DNA of 64,000 nucleotides from an uncultured Chitinophagales bacterium (lineage in GTDB: Bacteria > Bacteroidota > Bacteroidia > Chitinophagales > BACL12): positions 20,914 to 84,913 of the forward strand of contig CAYXBK010000019.1 in NCBI GenBank assembly GCA_964463165.1, written 5' to 3'. Positions 1 to 10,526 of this stretch are shown here, piece after piece. Position 1 is the first letter of the stretch. Each line of letters begins with the position of its first letter. Under the pieces are notes generated by a model, which was not told where the DNA came from, searched no databases, and saw nothing but the letters and a program-made list of their open reading frames with translations. The position numbers were made by a program, and so were the translations under genes.

Positions 1-552
1 TCAAGAACAGATGCACAACGCGGCGATGGTGTTTTTGAAGATTCAATTAAAGCATTGCAAATGCTGAATGCGGTGGGTTATGGAAAAGAAGGAAGTGATC
101 TGAAACTTGACCTTGTATATAATCCAAGCGGTGCATTTTTACCGGGAAGTCAGACGAGCCTTGAATCGCAATTCAAACGTGAATTAAAACGGTCACACCA
201 AATTGAATTCAATCGCTTGTTCTGCATCACAAATATGCCGATCTCCCGATTTCTTGACTATCTGATTGAAAGCGGTAATTACGAATCATATATGGAAAAA
301 CTTGTGAATGCATTTAATCCTGTTGCTGCTGAAAATGTGATGTGCAGAAATACGGTTTCAATTGGCTGGGATGGAAATATTTATGATTGCGATTTTAATC
401 AGATGCTCGGATTAAAAGTAAATCATGGCGCACCTGATCATATTTCAAACTGGAACCTCGATCAATTAACAAAAAGAAAAATTGTTTTGAATCAGCATTG
501 CTATGGCTGTACCGCAGGAAGCGGATCCAGTTGCGGCGGAGCGGTTGCCTGA
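1..552 (+). CDS. arsS: Arsenosugar-type radical SAM/Cys-rich protein ArsS, C-terminal part (5' end lies outside the window)
   Basis: Frame 1 is open from base 1. Cys-rich tail HCYGCTAGSGSSCGGAVA and WDGNIYDCDFNQ match the radical SAM/Cys-rich (TIGR04167-type) family. Clustered with a DUF2064 transferase and an ArsM-like methyltransferase. Confidence 0.75.
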   Translation, partial: SRTDAQRGDGVFEDSIKALQMLNAVGYGKEGSDLKLDLVYNPSGAFLPGSQTSLESQFKRELKRSHQIEFNRLFCITNMPISRFLDYLIESGNYESYMEKLVNAFNPVAAENVMCRNTVSIGWDGNIYDCDFNQMLGLKVNHGAPDHISNWNLDQLTKRKIVLNQHCYGCTAGSGSSCGGAVA

Positions 553-586
553 ACGATAAAAGCCGGAAACAGCACAATTTAAAAAA

Positions 587-1189
587 ATGGAAAAGGCACT
601 TATCATCATGATCAAAAATCCTGTAAAAGGAAAAGTAAAAACCAGGCTTGCAAAAGATATTGGTGATGAAAAAGCATTGTCTGTTTATTATGAATTGCTG
701 AAACACACGAATGCGGTTGCAAAAGAAATTGATGCAGACAGATATATTTTTTACAGTGATGATGTGAACAGGAATGATTTGTTTGAAAATAATTTATTTA
801 AAAAATATGTGCAGTGCAATGGTGATCTGGGCGTAAGAATGGATTATGCATTTTCTATTCCTTTTAAAAATGAATTTAAAAAAGCGGTGATGGTCGGAAG
901 TGATTGCTTCGATATTAAACCCGATCATATTAACCGTGCATTTGACGAACTGGATGCACATGATTTTGTGATTGGCCCGGCGCAGGACGGCGGTTATTAT
1001 CTGATCGGTATGAAAAAATGGAACCGCTGGATATTGCAAAATAAAAGCTGGAGCACTGATCAATTATTTCTTGAAACCAAAACTGAAATTCAAAGCAAGA
1101 ATGCAAAATTATTTGAACTTGAAAAATTAAATGATGTAGATCAGGTTGATGACCTGTCGCGTTATCCACTTTTATTAGAAATGATATGA
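587..1189 (+). CDS. DUF2064 / TIGR04282-type glycosyltransferase-like protein (arsenosugar-cluster associated)
   Basis: N-terminus ALIIMIKNPVKGKVKTRLAKDIG..A..YYELL and DGGYYLIG are the characteristic DUF2064 pattern. Its stop overlaps the next start (ATGA). Confidence 0.7.
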   Translation: MEKALIIMIKNPVKGKVKTRLAKDIGDEKALSVYYELLKHTNAVAKEIDADRYIFYSDDVNRNDLFENNLFKKYVQCNGDLGVRMDYAFSIPFKNEFKKAVMVGSDCFDIKPDHINRAFDELDAHDFVIGPAQDGGYYLIGMKKWNRWILQNKSWSTDQLFLETKTEIQSKNAKLFELEKLNDVDQVDDLSRYPLLLEMI

Positions 1190-2268
1190 TCACAATAATT
1201 CTATTAATAGCTGCTTTATTTCTTGCTTATTCAAATGGGGCAAACGATAATTTTAAAGGCGTTTCCACCTTATTCGGAAGCGGCACAACAAATTTTAAAA
1301 CAGCACTTAACTGGGGTACGATTACAACATTACTTGGCTGTATTTTCTCAATTTATCTTGCACAGGGCCTGATGAAAAATTTTTCGGGAAAGGGATTAAT
1401 TCCTGATGAAGCTTTAAAAGATCCTGCCCTCGCCATAGCCGTTGCATTAGGTGCCGCTTCCACAGTTTATCTCGCAACAAAAATCGGAATTCCGGTTTCC
1501 ACAACACATGCACTTGTAGGTGCACTCGTTGGTGCTGGATTTATTGCAGTCGGAAATGAGATGAATGCAGATCAGTTGGGAGATACTTTTTTAAAACCAT
1601 TATTACTCAGTCCTTTTATTGCCTGTGCAGCAAGTATTATTTTATATTTTATTTTCCGGCAATGCCGGATTTGGCTGAAAGTGGATAAAGACACACATAT
1701 CATAGTCGATCAACCTGCAGCCGGAACAAATCAGATCATTGCTCCTGCAATTTCAATCCAACACAGGCAAATTGAAAAATATACCGGCAATGTAGCCGGA
1801 ATTTCTGCGCAAAAAATATTAAATACCATGCATTTTATTTCTGGCGGTGCAGTTGGATTTGCACGCGGAATGAATGATGCGCCCAAAATTGCAGGTTTAT
1901 TGTTGCTGGTGCATTTCATGAGTATCCCATCTATGCTGATTGTTGTTGCATTGGTAATGGCAGCCGGCGGTTTATTCAATGCGAAAAAAGTGGCAGAAAC
2001 AATGAGCAAAAAAATCACACCGATGAATTCCGGTCAGGGATTTACATCCAATCTTGTAACGGCAGTCCTGGTTTGGACAGCAAGCAGCAGCGGCCTGCCT
2101 GTTTCAACAACGCATGTTTCCGTAGGAGGAATATTCGGAATCGGTCTGGTAAATAAAAAAGCAGATTATAAAATGATCGGAAAAATAATCGGATCATGGG
2201 TGCTTACTTTACCTATCGCAGCGATCATATCTGCAATCATATTTTTTGCAATGCAACAATTTAACTGA
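1186..2268 (+). CDS. Inorganic phosphate transporter, PiT (PHO4) family
   Basis: Duplicated GANDxxK/GxNDAPK signatures (NGANDNFKG, RGMNDAPKIAG) and VSTTH motifs; polytopic membrane protein. 4-nt overlap with the upstream gene. Confidence 0.85.
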   Translation: MITIILLIAALFLAYSNGANDNFKGVSTLFGSGTTNFKTALNWGTITTLLGCIFSIYLAQGLMKNFSGKGLIPDEALKDPALAIAVALGAASTVYLATKIGIPVSTTHALVGALVGAGFIAVGNEMNADQLGDTFLKPLLLSPFIACAASIILYFIFRQCRIWLKVDKDTHIIVDQPAAGTNQIIAPAISIQHRQIEKYTGNVAGISAQKILNTMHFISGGAVGFARGMNDAPKIAGLLLLVHFMSIPSMLIVVALVMAAGGLFNAKKVAETMSKKITPMNSGQGFTSNLVTAVLVWTASSSGLPVSTTHVSVGGIFGIGLVNKKADYKMIGKIIGSWVLTLPIAAIISAIIFFAMQQFN

Positions 2269-2295
2269 TCAACTATAAACAATTAAATATTCATT

Positions 2296-3270
2296 ATGTC
2301 AACAACGTATTTAGAAACAACAAGAAATGTTTACAAAGAAGCAGCTGAAAATCCGCAGAAAGGATTGTGTTGCACAACAACGCCTGTTTGGCAATTACCC
2401 GGTTTGGTTATTCCGCAAAAAATGCTTGAAATGAATTATGGTTGCGGCAGTACTGTGAACCCGCGTGACCTGGTGAACAATCCTTCGATTTTATATGTGG
2501 GAGTGGGCGGTGGAATGGAATTATTGCAATTTGCTTATTTCAGCAGAAAAAAAGGCGGTGTAATAGGTGTGGATGTTGTTGATGAAATGCTTGCAGTATG
2601 CGATGAGAATTTGCGTGAAGCAGAAAAATTAAACCCATGGTTTAACAGAGAATTTGTTGAATTGCGTAAAGGCGATGCATTTCATTTACCGGTGGAGGAT
2701 AATTCAATTGATATTGCAGCACAAAATTGTCTGTTTAATATTTTCCGTGATGAAGATTTGAAAAAGGCATTATCGGAAATGTACCGCACATTGAAAAAAC
2801 ACGGCCGGCTTGTTATGAGCGATCCCACTTGTGAAGATATAATTCCTGAAAATCTTCGCAACGATGAAAAGCTGCGTGCTTTATGTTTAAGCGGATCTTT
2901 GCCATTAAAAGAATATATTCACCGGATAACCGAAATCGGATTCGGAACGGTTGAAGTGCGTGCAAGAAGGCCTTATCGTATTCTTGACCCTGCGCATTAT
3001 GAAACACCTGAATTAATTTATATTGAAAGCGCTGAAGTATGTGCAATCAAGGATCCGATGCCGGCAGACGGACCATGTGTGTTTACCGGAAAAACTGCAA
3101 TTTATTTCGGCGATGAAGAATATTTCGACGATCACGGCGGCCATATCCTGATGCCTAATCAACCCCTTGCAGTTTGTGATAAAACAGCAGGCAATCTGGC
3201 ATTACTGAAACGGCCTGATATTTTTATTTCGGAATCAACATGGTTTTACGATGGTGGCGGTTGCTGCTGA
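2296..3270 (+). CDS. arsM: ArsM-like SAM-dependent (arsenite) methyltransferase, arsenosugar-cluster type
   Basis: GLCCTT and NYGCGST cysteine motifs, SAM-binding VGVGGGME, C-terminal GGGCC. Gene context with arsS. Confidence 0.7.
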   Translation: MSTTYLETTRNVYKEAAENPQKGLCCTTTPVWQLPGLVIPQKMLEMNYGCGSTVNPRDLVNNPSILYVGVGGGMELLQFAYFSRKKGGVIGVDVVDEMLAVCDENLREAEKLNPWFNREFVELRKGDAFHLPVEDNSIDIAAQNCLFNIFRDEDLKKALSEMYRTLKKHGRLVMSDPTCEDIIPENLRNDEKLRALCLSGSLPLKEYIHRITEIGFGTVEVRARRPYRILDPAHYETPELIYIESAEVCAIKDPMPADGPCVFTGKTAIYFGDEEYFDDHGGHILMPNQPLAVCDKTAGNLALLKRPDIFISESTWFYDGGGCC

Positions 3271-3361
3271 TTGGTAAACTGAAATTTTATGCACCACCGG
3301 AACAATCCCGGTGGTTTTTTTTTGTTCAGAACTTCATTTAATTTTCACCCGGAATCACACC

Positions 3362-4498
3362 ATGAATAAAAACTGGTTCACATACCGAAATATTCTCACA
3401 GTCCTGGCAATTGTTTTTGCAATTTGGTTTGTCTGGAAATTTTATGTGATCATTCTCTATTTCCTGATTGCTGCAATTATTTCTTTGCTCGGCAGGCCGG
3501 TGATGGATCTTCTTGAAAAAATCAAATTCGGAAAGTTTCAATTTCCGACCGCATTGGCCGCATTGATTTCGATGTCGGTTTTAATCGGCGTAATTGTTTT
3601 GGTGGGCGCAGCATTTATTCCGGTGCTTACACAAAAAGCAACCGAAATTTCAAACCTCAATACCGAGCGTGCATCAGAAGCAATTCAAAGTCAGATGGAG
3701 AATATCGACGAATTTATTCTTCGCTTTCAGGATCCAAATCAAACCGGAACGGACTCATTGCAAACCAGCCAACAAACAGTTGAAGCAACAATAAACTCCA
3801 AATTGCGGGAATGGCTCAATATCACTTCAATTCAGAATATTTTGTCTTCTTTACTCGGCAGCATCGGGAATATAATTGTCGGTGTTTTTTCAATTGTATT
3901 TATTTCATTTTTCTTTTTGCGGGATGAAAAATTATTTTATAATATTTTAATGACGCTTGCGCCAACCCGGTTCGAACCGCATGCAAAAAGAATATTAAGC
4001 AACAGCAAACGAACGCTCACCCGGTATGCGGGCGGGATAATAATTCAATCAATTGTAGTATTTATTCTTGTATGGGCAGGGCTCATGCTGATGGGTTCAA
4101 AAAATGCGCTGATCATTGCATTTTTCTGTGCGATCATGAATGTGATCCCCTACCTCGGTCCGATCATCGGAACCTTGTTTGCTTTATTGATCGAATTAAC
4201 AACCGTACTATCGGAAGATCCGTACGCTCCTATTGTCCCGATGATCCTTAAACTGGTGATACTGATCCAGGGTGTGCAGCTTATCGATAATTACATTTCG
4301 CAACCGATCATTTTTTCAAAACGTATCAAAGCACATCCGCTTGAAATATTTTTTATCGTTTTGGTTTTCGGCAGCCTTGCCGGAATTCCCGGAATGATCA
4401 TCGCGGTCCCGGTGTATTCCTTTATGCGCATTATTGCAAAAGAATTTTTCAGCGAGTATAAAATTGTCAGAAAAATCACGGCTGATATTGAAACCTGA
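3362..4498 (+). CDS. AI-2E family transporter (PerM/UPF0118)
   Basis: Polytopic protein with an IPYLGP motif and an AI-2E-like TM layout. ATG at 3362 chosen over the upstream track start at 3311. Confidence 0.75.
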   Translation: MNKNWFTYRNILTVLAIVFAIWFVWKFYVIILYFLIAAIISLLGRPVMDLLEKIKFGKFQFPTALAALISMSVLIGVIVLVGAAFIPVLTQKATEISNLNTERASEAIQSQMENIDEFILRFQDPNQTGTDSLQTSQQTVEATINSKLREWLNITSIQNILSSLLGSIGNIIVGVFSIVFISFFFLRDEKLFYNILMTLAPTRFEPHAKRILSNSKRTLTRYAGGIIIQSIVVFILVWAGLMLMGSKNALIIAFFCAIMNVIPYLGPIIGTLFALLIELTTVLSEDPYAPIVPMILKLVILIQGVQLIDNYISQPIIFSKRIKAHPLEIFFIVLVFGSLAGIPGMIIAVPVYSFMRIIAKEFFSEYKIVRKITADIET

Positions 4499-4622
4499 TC
4501 TGTGACAGAATAGTCATTGTTTCCTGCTCTTAAAATTTTGTTTTTACAAGAATTATCCGAACTTTAGTTGCTGAATCCCAAAGCGGCACACACGCATTCA
4601 TTAACCTGTAAATTCAAATCTT

Positions 4623-6668
4623 ATGGCAAAACCCCTAACCTATCTTAGTGTATGTGCAAGTTTTATCTGCGTTTTAACCTGTACCTCCGTTTATTCACAA
4701 ACCATTGAATTAAAGCCTGCGGCAAAAGCAATTGTTGATGCGCAACATGCAGATATGCATTTTGTGAAGAAAGACTTTTTGCAAAGAAACGCATCGGCTT
4801 CATTTAAAACAGAAGCGGAAACTTTTGTTTCAAAACCTGTATTTGCCAAACTTGATTTATATGCGGTTAATACGCTGTTCAAAAACCGGGAGGATGCCAT
4901 TGAATTAAACCTACCTTACATTGATAATTCAAATCTCACGCTTGAATTAGTGAAAGTAAATTTATTTTCAGATGGATTTCTGGTTGAAACAAAAACAGAT
5001 GGAAAATATGATTATACACCCGGGGTTTATTACCAGGGAATTGTAAAAGATGACCCGAATTCGCTTGTTGCGATCAGTGTTTTTGAAAATGAAATCATGG
5101 GCATCATCTCAACAAATAATAATGGAAATATTAATATCGGAAATTATAAAGCCGGCGCACCTGATGATTATCTTATTTATTCAGACAGAGATATTCTTGT
5201 GCCACCACCACCGGTTGATTGTGCAACACCTGAAGATGAACGTTTCTCAGATAATTATATGACAGACAGAATTGAGCAGGGTGGTCCACGCACGGCAAAT
5301 GTTGTGGATGTATACCTTGAATCTGATTATCAATTATACCAGAATAAAGGTTCTGTAATTAATACCGCAAATTATTTAACAGGCATTTTTAATAATTCAC
5401 AGATCATTTATACGAATGATGGAATTTCTGTTGCATTGTCTGAAATATTTGTCTGGAATATTTCAGATGGATATTCATCAGCATCTTCCTCTTCTGCATT
5501 AACCGATTTTATGAATAACCGCACAACATTTAATGGAGATGTTGCGCAATTATGCGCACTTGATCCCGGCGGACTTGGGGGTGTTGCTGCAACAATCAAT
5601 GGTTTGTGTAATGATTACAGATATTGTTACAGTGATATTGATGCATCGTATTCCGATTTCCCGACTTATTCGTGGACAGTGATGGTATTTACGCATGAAC
5701 TCGGACATATTTTCGGATCCTATCACACACATTGGTGCGGCTGGCCCGGTGGTGCAATTGATAATTGCGGCCCGATTGCAGGCTATGCAACAGAAGGCGG
5801 ATGTCCGGCAGGCCCGGCACCAACAGGTGGGGGAACAATTATGAGTTATTGTCATTTAACCGGTTATGGAATTAATTTGAATAACGGATTCGGACCTTAT
5901 CCGAAAGATGCAATTATCGATGCAATAAATGCGGCTCCTTGTTTAACAGGCGGGGGCGGAGGTGCATATTGCACATCTTCCGGCGATATTTCAAATGAGG
6001 AATGGATTGATAAAGTAAGAATTGGAACCATCGACAGAACATCGGGTGATGACGGCGGATATTATAACGCAACTGCGCTTACAACAAATATTAAACAAGG
6101 CACATCTAAAACAATTAAATTAAGTGCGGGAATGAGTGGTGGTCCGTTCACCGAATATTGGAAAGTGTGGGTGGATTGGAATCATGATTATGATTTTACA
6201 GATGCAGGTGAAGAAGAATACAGCACATCCACATCGAGCACCGCAATTTTTTCTGCAACTATTTCTGCACCACTCACGGCGAGTCCGGGTATGACGAGAA
6301 TGCGTGTTTCAATGAAATATGGTTCTGCACCATCTTCCTGTGAAGCATTCGGATATGGTGAAGTGGAAGATTATACACTGAATATAAAAGCGGCTATGCC
6401 TGCAGGTCTTGTTGCAGAAGATGCGGAACTGATCATTTCTCCAAATCCGGCTGTAAATGAATTTACATTGCAATGGTTAAATATCTCGGCTGAAGAATTA
6501 ACTGTTGGAATTTTCGACATGAACGGAAAATTATTTATGCAAAATAATTATCAGGCAACTGATGGTTTGGCTACGATCAATATTTCCGCATTGCCCGCAG
6601 GTATTTATTTTGTAAGAACAATTTCATCAACCGGTGAAATTTTTACACAACAACTTGTAAAAGAATAA
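4623..6668 (+). CDS. Secreted zinc metalloprotease (reprolysin/M12B-like metzincin) with GEVED domain and T9SS type A C-terminal sorting domain
   Basis: Signal peptide; HELGHIFGSYH (HExxHxxGxxH); GYGEVEDY; C-terminal SPNPAVNEF...GIYFVRT sorting-domain pattern. Confidence 0.75.
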   Translation: MAKPLTYLSVCASFICVLTCTSVYSQTIELKPAAKAIVDAQHADMHFVKKDFLQRNASASFKTEAETFVSKPVFAKLDLYAVNTLFKNREDAIELNLPYIDNSNLTLELVKVNLFSDGFLVETKTDGKYDYTPGVYYQGIVKDDPNSLVAISVFENEIMGIISTNNNGNINIGNYKAGAPDDYLIYSDRDILVPPPPVDCATPEDERFSDNYMTDRIEQGGPRTANVVDVYLESDYQLYQNKGSVINTANYLTGIFNNSQIIYTNDGISVALSEIFVWNISDGYSSASSSSALTDFMNNRTTFNGDVAQLCALDPGGLGGVAATINGLCNDYRYCYSDIDASYSDFPTYSWTVMVFTHELGHIFGSYHTHWCGWPGGAIDNCGPIAGYATEGGCPAGPAPTGGGTIMSYCHLTGYGINLNNGFGPYPKDAIIDAINAAPCLTGGGGGAYCTSSGDISNEEWIDKVRIGTIDRTSGDDGGYYNATALTTNIKQGTSKTIKLSAGMSGGPFTEYWKVWVDWNHDYDFTDAGEEEYSTSTSSTAIFSATISAPLTASPGMTRMRVSMKYGSAPSSCEAFGYGEVEDYTLNIKAAMPAGLVAEDAELIISPNPAVNEFTLQWLNISAEELTVGIFDMNGKLFMQNNYQATDGLATINISALPAGIYFVRTISSTGEIFTQQLVKE

Positions 6669-6689
6669 AAATTAATTATTCATTTTATG

Positions 6690-6752
6690 CCGCAGTTTTC
6701 ACTTTTCAGTCTGTATGCGTTGCAGCGAAAAGTAAAAACTGCGGTTTTTTTT
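6690..6752 (+). terminator. Rho-independent terminator after the metalloprotease gene
   Basis: 18-bp arms CCGCAGTTTTCACTTTTC / GAAAAGTAAAAACTGCGG (one mismatch) followed by T8. Confidence 0.6.
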
Positions 6753-6928
6753 CTACACATTTAGAAGAAGTTTTTTTAATTGCAGTGATACTTACAGATG
6801 AATGCGTGCTGATAGATTGTATTCAGGCGAAATAACTTCAGGTATTTGAAAAACTTTATCACTTATTCTGAACTGTTCGCAATAAGTTCTTATTTTCACT
6901 CTGTTGATTTCATTCTTACGCAACTATT

Positions 6929-8263
6929 ATGCATTACGTTATTATTGGAAATGGTATCACAGGCATCACCGCCGCACGAACAATCCGTAAACATTCGGAT
7001 GACGAAATAACGGTGATATCCGGCGAAACGGATTATTTCTTTAGCCGTACAGCGCTGATGTATGTTTATATGGGGCACATGAAATTTGAACATATTCAGC
7101 CCTACGAAAACTGGTTCTGGGAAAAAAACAGAATAAACCTGAAAAAGGATTGGGTGAAATCGATCGATCCTGTCTCCAAAAAAATAATTTTTGTGGATGA
7201 TGATCAGATGCATTACGATAAATTATTAATTGCTACCGGGGCGAAATCAAATAAATTCGGATGGCCCGGCCAGGATCTGAAAGGAGTGCAGGGTTTATAT
7301 TCTTACCAGGATTTATTGGAACTTGAAGAAAATACCAAAAACGGAATTAACAGAGCCGTAATTGTGGGTGGTGGTTTAATTGGAATTGAAATGGCGGAGA
7401 TGCTGCATTCCCGTCATTACCCTGTTACATTGCTTGTAAGAGAAAAAGAATACTGGAATAATGTATTGCCGGAAGGTGAATCAAAATTAGTTTCAAGACA
7501 TATCAGGGAACACGGATTTGATCTGCGCTTAAATCAGCATCTCAAAGAAATAAAAGGAGATGAAAACGGAAAAGTTGTTTCAGTCATTACAAATACTGAT
7601 GAGGAAATTCCTTGTCAGGTTGTTGGATTAACTGCTGGCGTTTCACCGAATATTGAATGGCTGAAAGGAACAGCAATTCATACCGACCGCGGTGTAATGA
7701 TCAATCAGCATATGGAAACAAATCTGGAAGATATATATGCAGCAGGTGATTGTGCGCAATTTCAGCACGCATTGCCAAACCGCAAGGTTGTTGAACAGGT
7801 ATGGTACACAGGAAAATTACAAGGAGAAACAGCTGCATTAAATATGCTTGGATCACGCACCGGTTATAATCCTGGCCACTGGTTTAACAGTGCTAAATTT
7901 CTCGATATCGAATATCAAACCTATGGAACCGTGATGCCGCAGGTGCGTGAAGGAGAATCAGAATTTTACTGGGAGCATACCGACGGGAAAAAATGTTTTC
8001 ATATCGTTTTCAAAACAGAAACGCATGAATTTGTCGGCATAAATATTTTCGGTTTACGCATGCGTCATGAATTATTTAATAAATGGCAACTCGAAAATCA
8101 AACAGTTGAATTTATTTTATCGCATTTAAAAGCGGCGAATTTCGACCCTGAGTTTTATACAACTGTTGAAGACGAAATCATTCAATCATGGAATGCAAAA
8201 TATCCGGCGCACCAGGTTGTTTTGAAAAAGAAAAAAATCGTATTAAAAATGATATTTAATTGA
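6929..8263 (+). CDS. NAD(P)/FAD-dependent pyridine nucleotide-disulfide family oxidoreductase
   Basis: N-terminal VIIGNGITG dinucleotide fold, second VIVGGGLIGIE fold, and YAAGDCA FAD motif. Confidence 0.8.
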   Translation: MHYVIIGNGITGITAARTIRKHSDDEITVISGETDYFFSRTALMYVYMGHMKFEHIQPYENWFWEKNRINLKKDWVKSIDPVSKKIIFVDDDQMHYDKLLIATGAKSNKFGWPGQDLKGVQGLYSYQDLLELEENTKNGINRAVIVGGGLIGIEMAEMLHSRHYPVTLLVREKEYWNNVLPEGESKLVSRHIREHGFDLRLNQHLKEIKGDENGKVVSVITNTDEEIPCQVVGLTAGVSPNIEWLKGTAIHTDRGVMINQHMETNLEDIYAAGDCAQFQHALPNRKVVEQVWYTGKLQGETAALNMLGSRTGYNPGHWFNSAKFLDIEYQTYGTVMPQVREGESEFYWEHTDGKKCFHIVFKTETHEFVGINIFGLRMRHELFNKWQLENQTVEFILSHLKAANFDPEFYTTVEDEIIQSWNAKYPAHQVVLKKKKIVLKMIFN

Positions 8264-8370
8264 TGAAACCCCGGACGCAATTTTTAATCCTTTCGGCGGT
8301 TAAATAAAATGATTTTGAAACACATGCAAGCACAATCAATTCAGAAAAATTAATTCTAAAAATATAGATC

Positions 8371-9747
8371 ATGTCTCAGGCAAATCAAAGTATGTCGCTT
8401 TCAAATCCGCATCCTGCAAATTTTAATGCAAAACAGAAAGCGGGCCTTGCAATCATCGGAATAGGAATACTTGCTATTTTGCTTGCATGGTCGGGTATTG
8501 GAACAGGCCAGGCATTACCGCTTCTTATTACGATGGTAGTCTGTTTATTTGCTGGCGGTTTTATTTACACAACCGGAACATATGGCGGATTGCCCGACGG
8601 CATAAAAAATAACCGTGCTTTTTTCACTTCTATGTCTTCAAGAGGCGCTTTAGCATGGATTGCCGGAATTGTGATCACAGGATTTTATGTGATGCTGTAT
8701 TGGAGAGATTACTGGAAGAAAGTTTTTGATATTGATTTTATGGCCGGATTGGTATCTATGTTTGATCCGTTGAGCAAAGCGTTGCGACATGCTCCTGCCG
8801 ACCAATGGTTTGTATATGGTTCTTTTTATACGATCGCTGTTTTGGTGATGGGAATTAAATTTATTTATAAGTACAGGCATAACCGGTATCAGATCATTCG
8901 CACCTGTTCGGTAATGGTCGTTCAGTTTGGTTTTGCATGGTTGCTTCCCGCCATCATGAAATCGCTTTTCAATTTTGATCCATATCTCACCTATTTCTGG
9001 CCCCTCGATTATGATGCGATCTTCCCTTCAACCCTCAGTTATCTCATGTCGCAGGGAGCACTTGGAACATTTGTGGTTTTTTGGGGACTGGTTTTCACAT
9101 TTATCGTTACACCTGTATTAACTTATTTTTTCGGGAAGCGCTGGTATTGCAGTTGGGTTTGCGGCTGCGGCGGTTTGGCAGAAACTGCAGGTGACCCCTT
9201 CAGGCATTTATCCGATAAATCGCTTAAGGCCTGGAAAATTGAAAGGTGGCTCATTCATTCCGTGCTTGCCGCCATTATATTGATTACAGCTTTGTTACTC
9301 ATCGACAATGGGGCAAAGAATGCATTGCTCGGGCCGTCTATCGCCACTACCCTGGCACATAGCTATGGGTTTATCGTCGGAATGGTTTTCAGCGGAGTGA
9401 TAGGTGTTGGGTTTTATCCGATCATGGGTAGCAGGGTATGGTGCAGGTTTGGTTGTCCGATGGCGGCTTATATGGGTTTGATCCAAAGATTTAAATCGCG
9501 GTTCCGCATCACAACCAACGGTGCACAGTGTATTTCCTGTGGTAACTGTTCAACCTATTGCGAAATGGGCATTGATGTGCGCTGGTATGCACAGAGAGGG
9601 CAGAACATAGTGCGTGCAAGTTGCGTGGGCTGTGGTGTTTGTTCAGCAGTATGTCCGCGGGGTGTATTGAAGCTTGAGACGGGTACTGACAACAATAATA
9701 GACTAAATAATTTCTTTAGCAGTGAAGAGTTGAAAATTCTATCCTGA
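8371..9747 (+). CDS. Integral-membrane polyferredoxin (NapH/MauN/CcoG-like 4Fe-4S protein)
   Basis: Multiple TM helices; CSWVCGCGG and CRFGCPMA membrane-proximal Cys motifs. Two ferredoxin motifs: CISCGNCSTYC and CVGCGVCSAVCP. Confidence 0.75.
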   Translation: MSQANQSMSLSNPHPANFNAKQKAGLAIIGIGILAILLAWSGIGTGQALPLLITMVVCLFAGGFIYTTGTYGGLPDGIKNNRAFFTSMSSRGALAWIAGIVITGFYVMLYWRDYWKKVFDIDFMAGLVSMFDPLSKALRHAPADQWFVYGSFYTIAVLVMGIKFIYKYRHNRYQIIRTCSVMVVQFGFAWLLPAIMKSLFNFDPYLTYFWPLDYDAIFPSTLSYLMSQGALGTFVVFWGLVFTFIVTPVLTYFFGKRWYCSWVCGCGGLAETAGDPFRHLSDKSLKAWKIERWLIHSVLAAIILITALLLIDNGAKNALLGPSIATTLAHSYGFIVGMVFSGVIGVGFYPIMGSRVWCRFGCPMAAYMGLIQRFKSRFRITTNGAQCISCGNCSTYCEMGIDVRWYAQRGQNIVRASCVGCGVCSAVCPRGVLKLETGTDNNNRLNNFFSSEELKILS

Positions 9748-9821
9748 TAATATTAACAATCCATTTACATTTAACTTAACTTTGCTGCGTTTTTTAAGCA
9801 GGCTGAGGTTTCGGGCGTAAA

Positions 9822-10514
9822 ATGCAGAATATCAATGTCATTATTCCGGTGTTCAACGAAAGCGGATCAATCGGATTTGTGTTAAAAGATATTCCGGCCG
9901 GAATTGCAGACGAAGTGATCGTTGTAAATAACGGGTCTACTGATAATACGGCCGAAATTGCCGCTCAAAACGGAGCAACGGTTTTGCTTGAAGAAAAGAA
10001 AGGTTACGGTTCTGCCTGTTTGAAAGGATTGGATTATATCCGGAACAAGCCGGTTGAACAGCAGCCAAAAATAGTAGTGTTCATTGATGGTGATTATTCG
10101 GATTACCCACGGCAAATGATTGATCTGGTAAAACCAATACAGGAAAAGGGGATTGATATGGTGATCGGGAGCCGGGCGAAAGGAAAACGTGAATCCGGGT
10201 CGATGGCAGTTCAGCAGGTTTTTGGAAACTGGCTGGCAACAACACTGATGAAATGGTTTTTCGGAGCAAAGTTTACCGACCTTGGGCCATTCAGAGCAAT
10301 TAAATGGGAAAAGTTGCAGTTGCTTGGAATGAAGGATCAGAATTACGGATGGACAGTTGAAATGCAGATTAAGGCAGCAAAACAGAAATTAACCTATACA
10401 GAGATCCCTGTTGATTACAGGAAACGAATCGGAAAATCAAAGATCACCGGGACAATTAAAGGAACAATAATGGCCGGTTATAAAATTATAGCCACCATTT
10501 TTAAATATTATTAA
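9822..10514 (+). CDS. Glycosyltransferase family 2, polyprenyl-phosphate sugar synthase-like
   Basis: VIIPVFNE, VIVVNNGSTDNT, GYGSAC and DGDYSD (DxD) motifs, as in Dol-P/polyprenyl-P hexose synthases. Confidence 0.7.
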   Translation: MQNINVIIPVFNESGSIGFVLKDIPAGIADEVIVVNNGSTDNTAEIAAQNGATVLLEEKKGYGSACLKGLDYIRNKPVEQQPKIVVFIDGDYSDYPRQMIDLVKPIQEKGIDMVIGSRAKGKRESGSMAVQQVFGNWLATTLMKWFFGAKFTDLGPFRAIKWEKLQLLGMKDQNYGWTVEMQIKAAKQKLTYTEIPVDYRKRIGKSKITGTIKGTIMAGYKIIATIFKYY

Positions 10515-10526
10515 TACCAAAAACAA

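Noticed and set aside
3966-3980. GGTTCGAACC, a tRNA T-arm-like string.
   Set aside because: It lies inside the AI-2E transporter CDS, and no cloverleaf or acceptor stem can be built around it.
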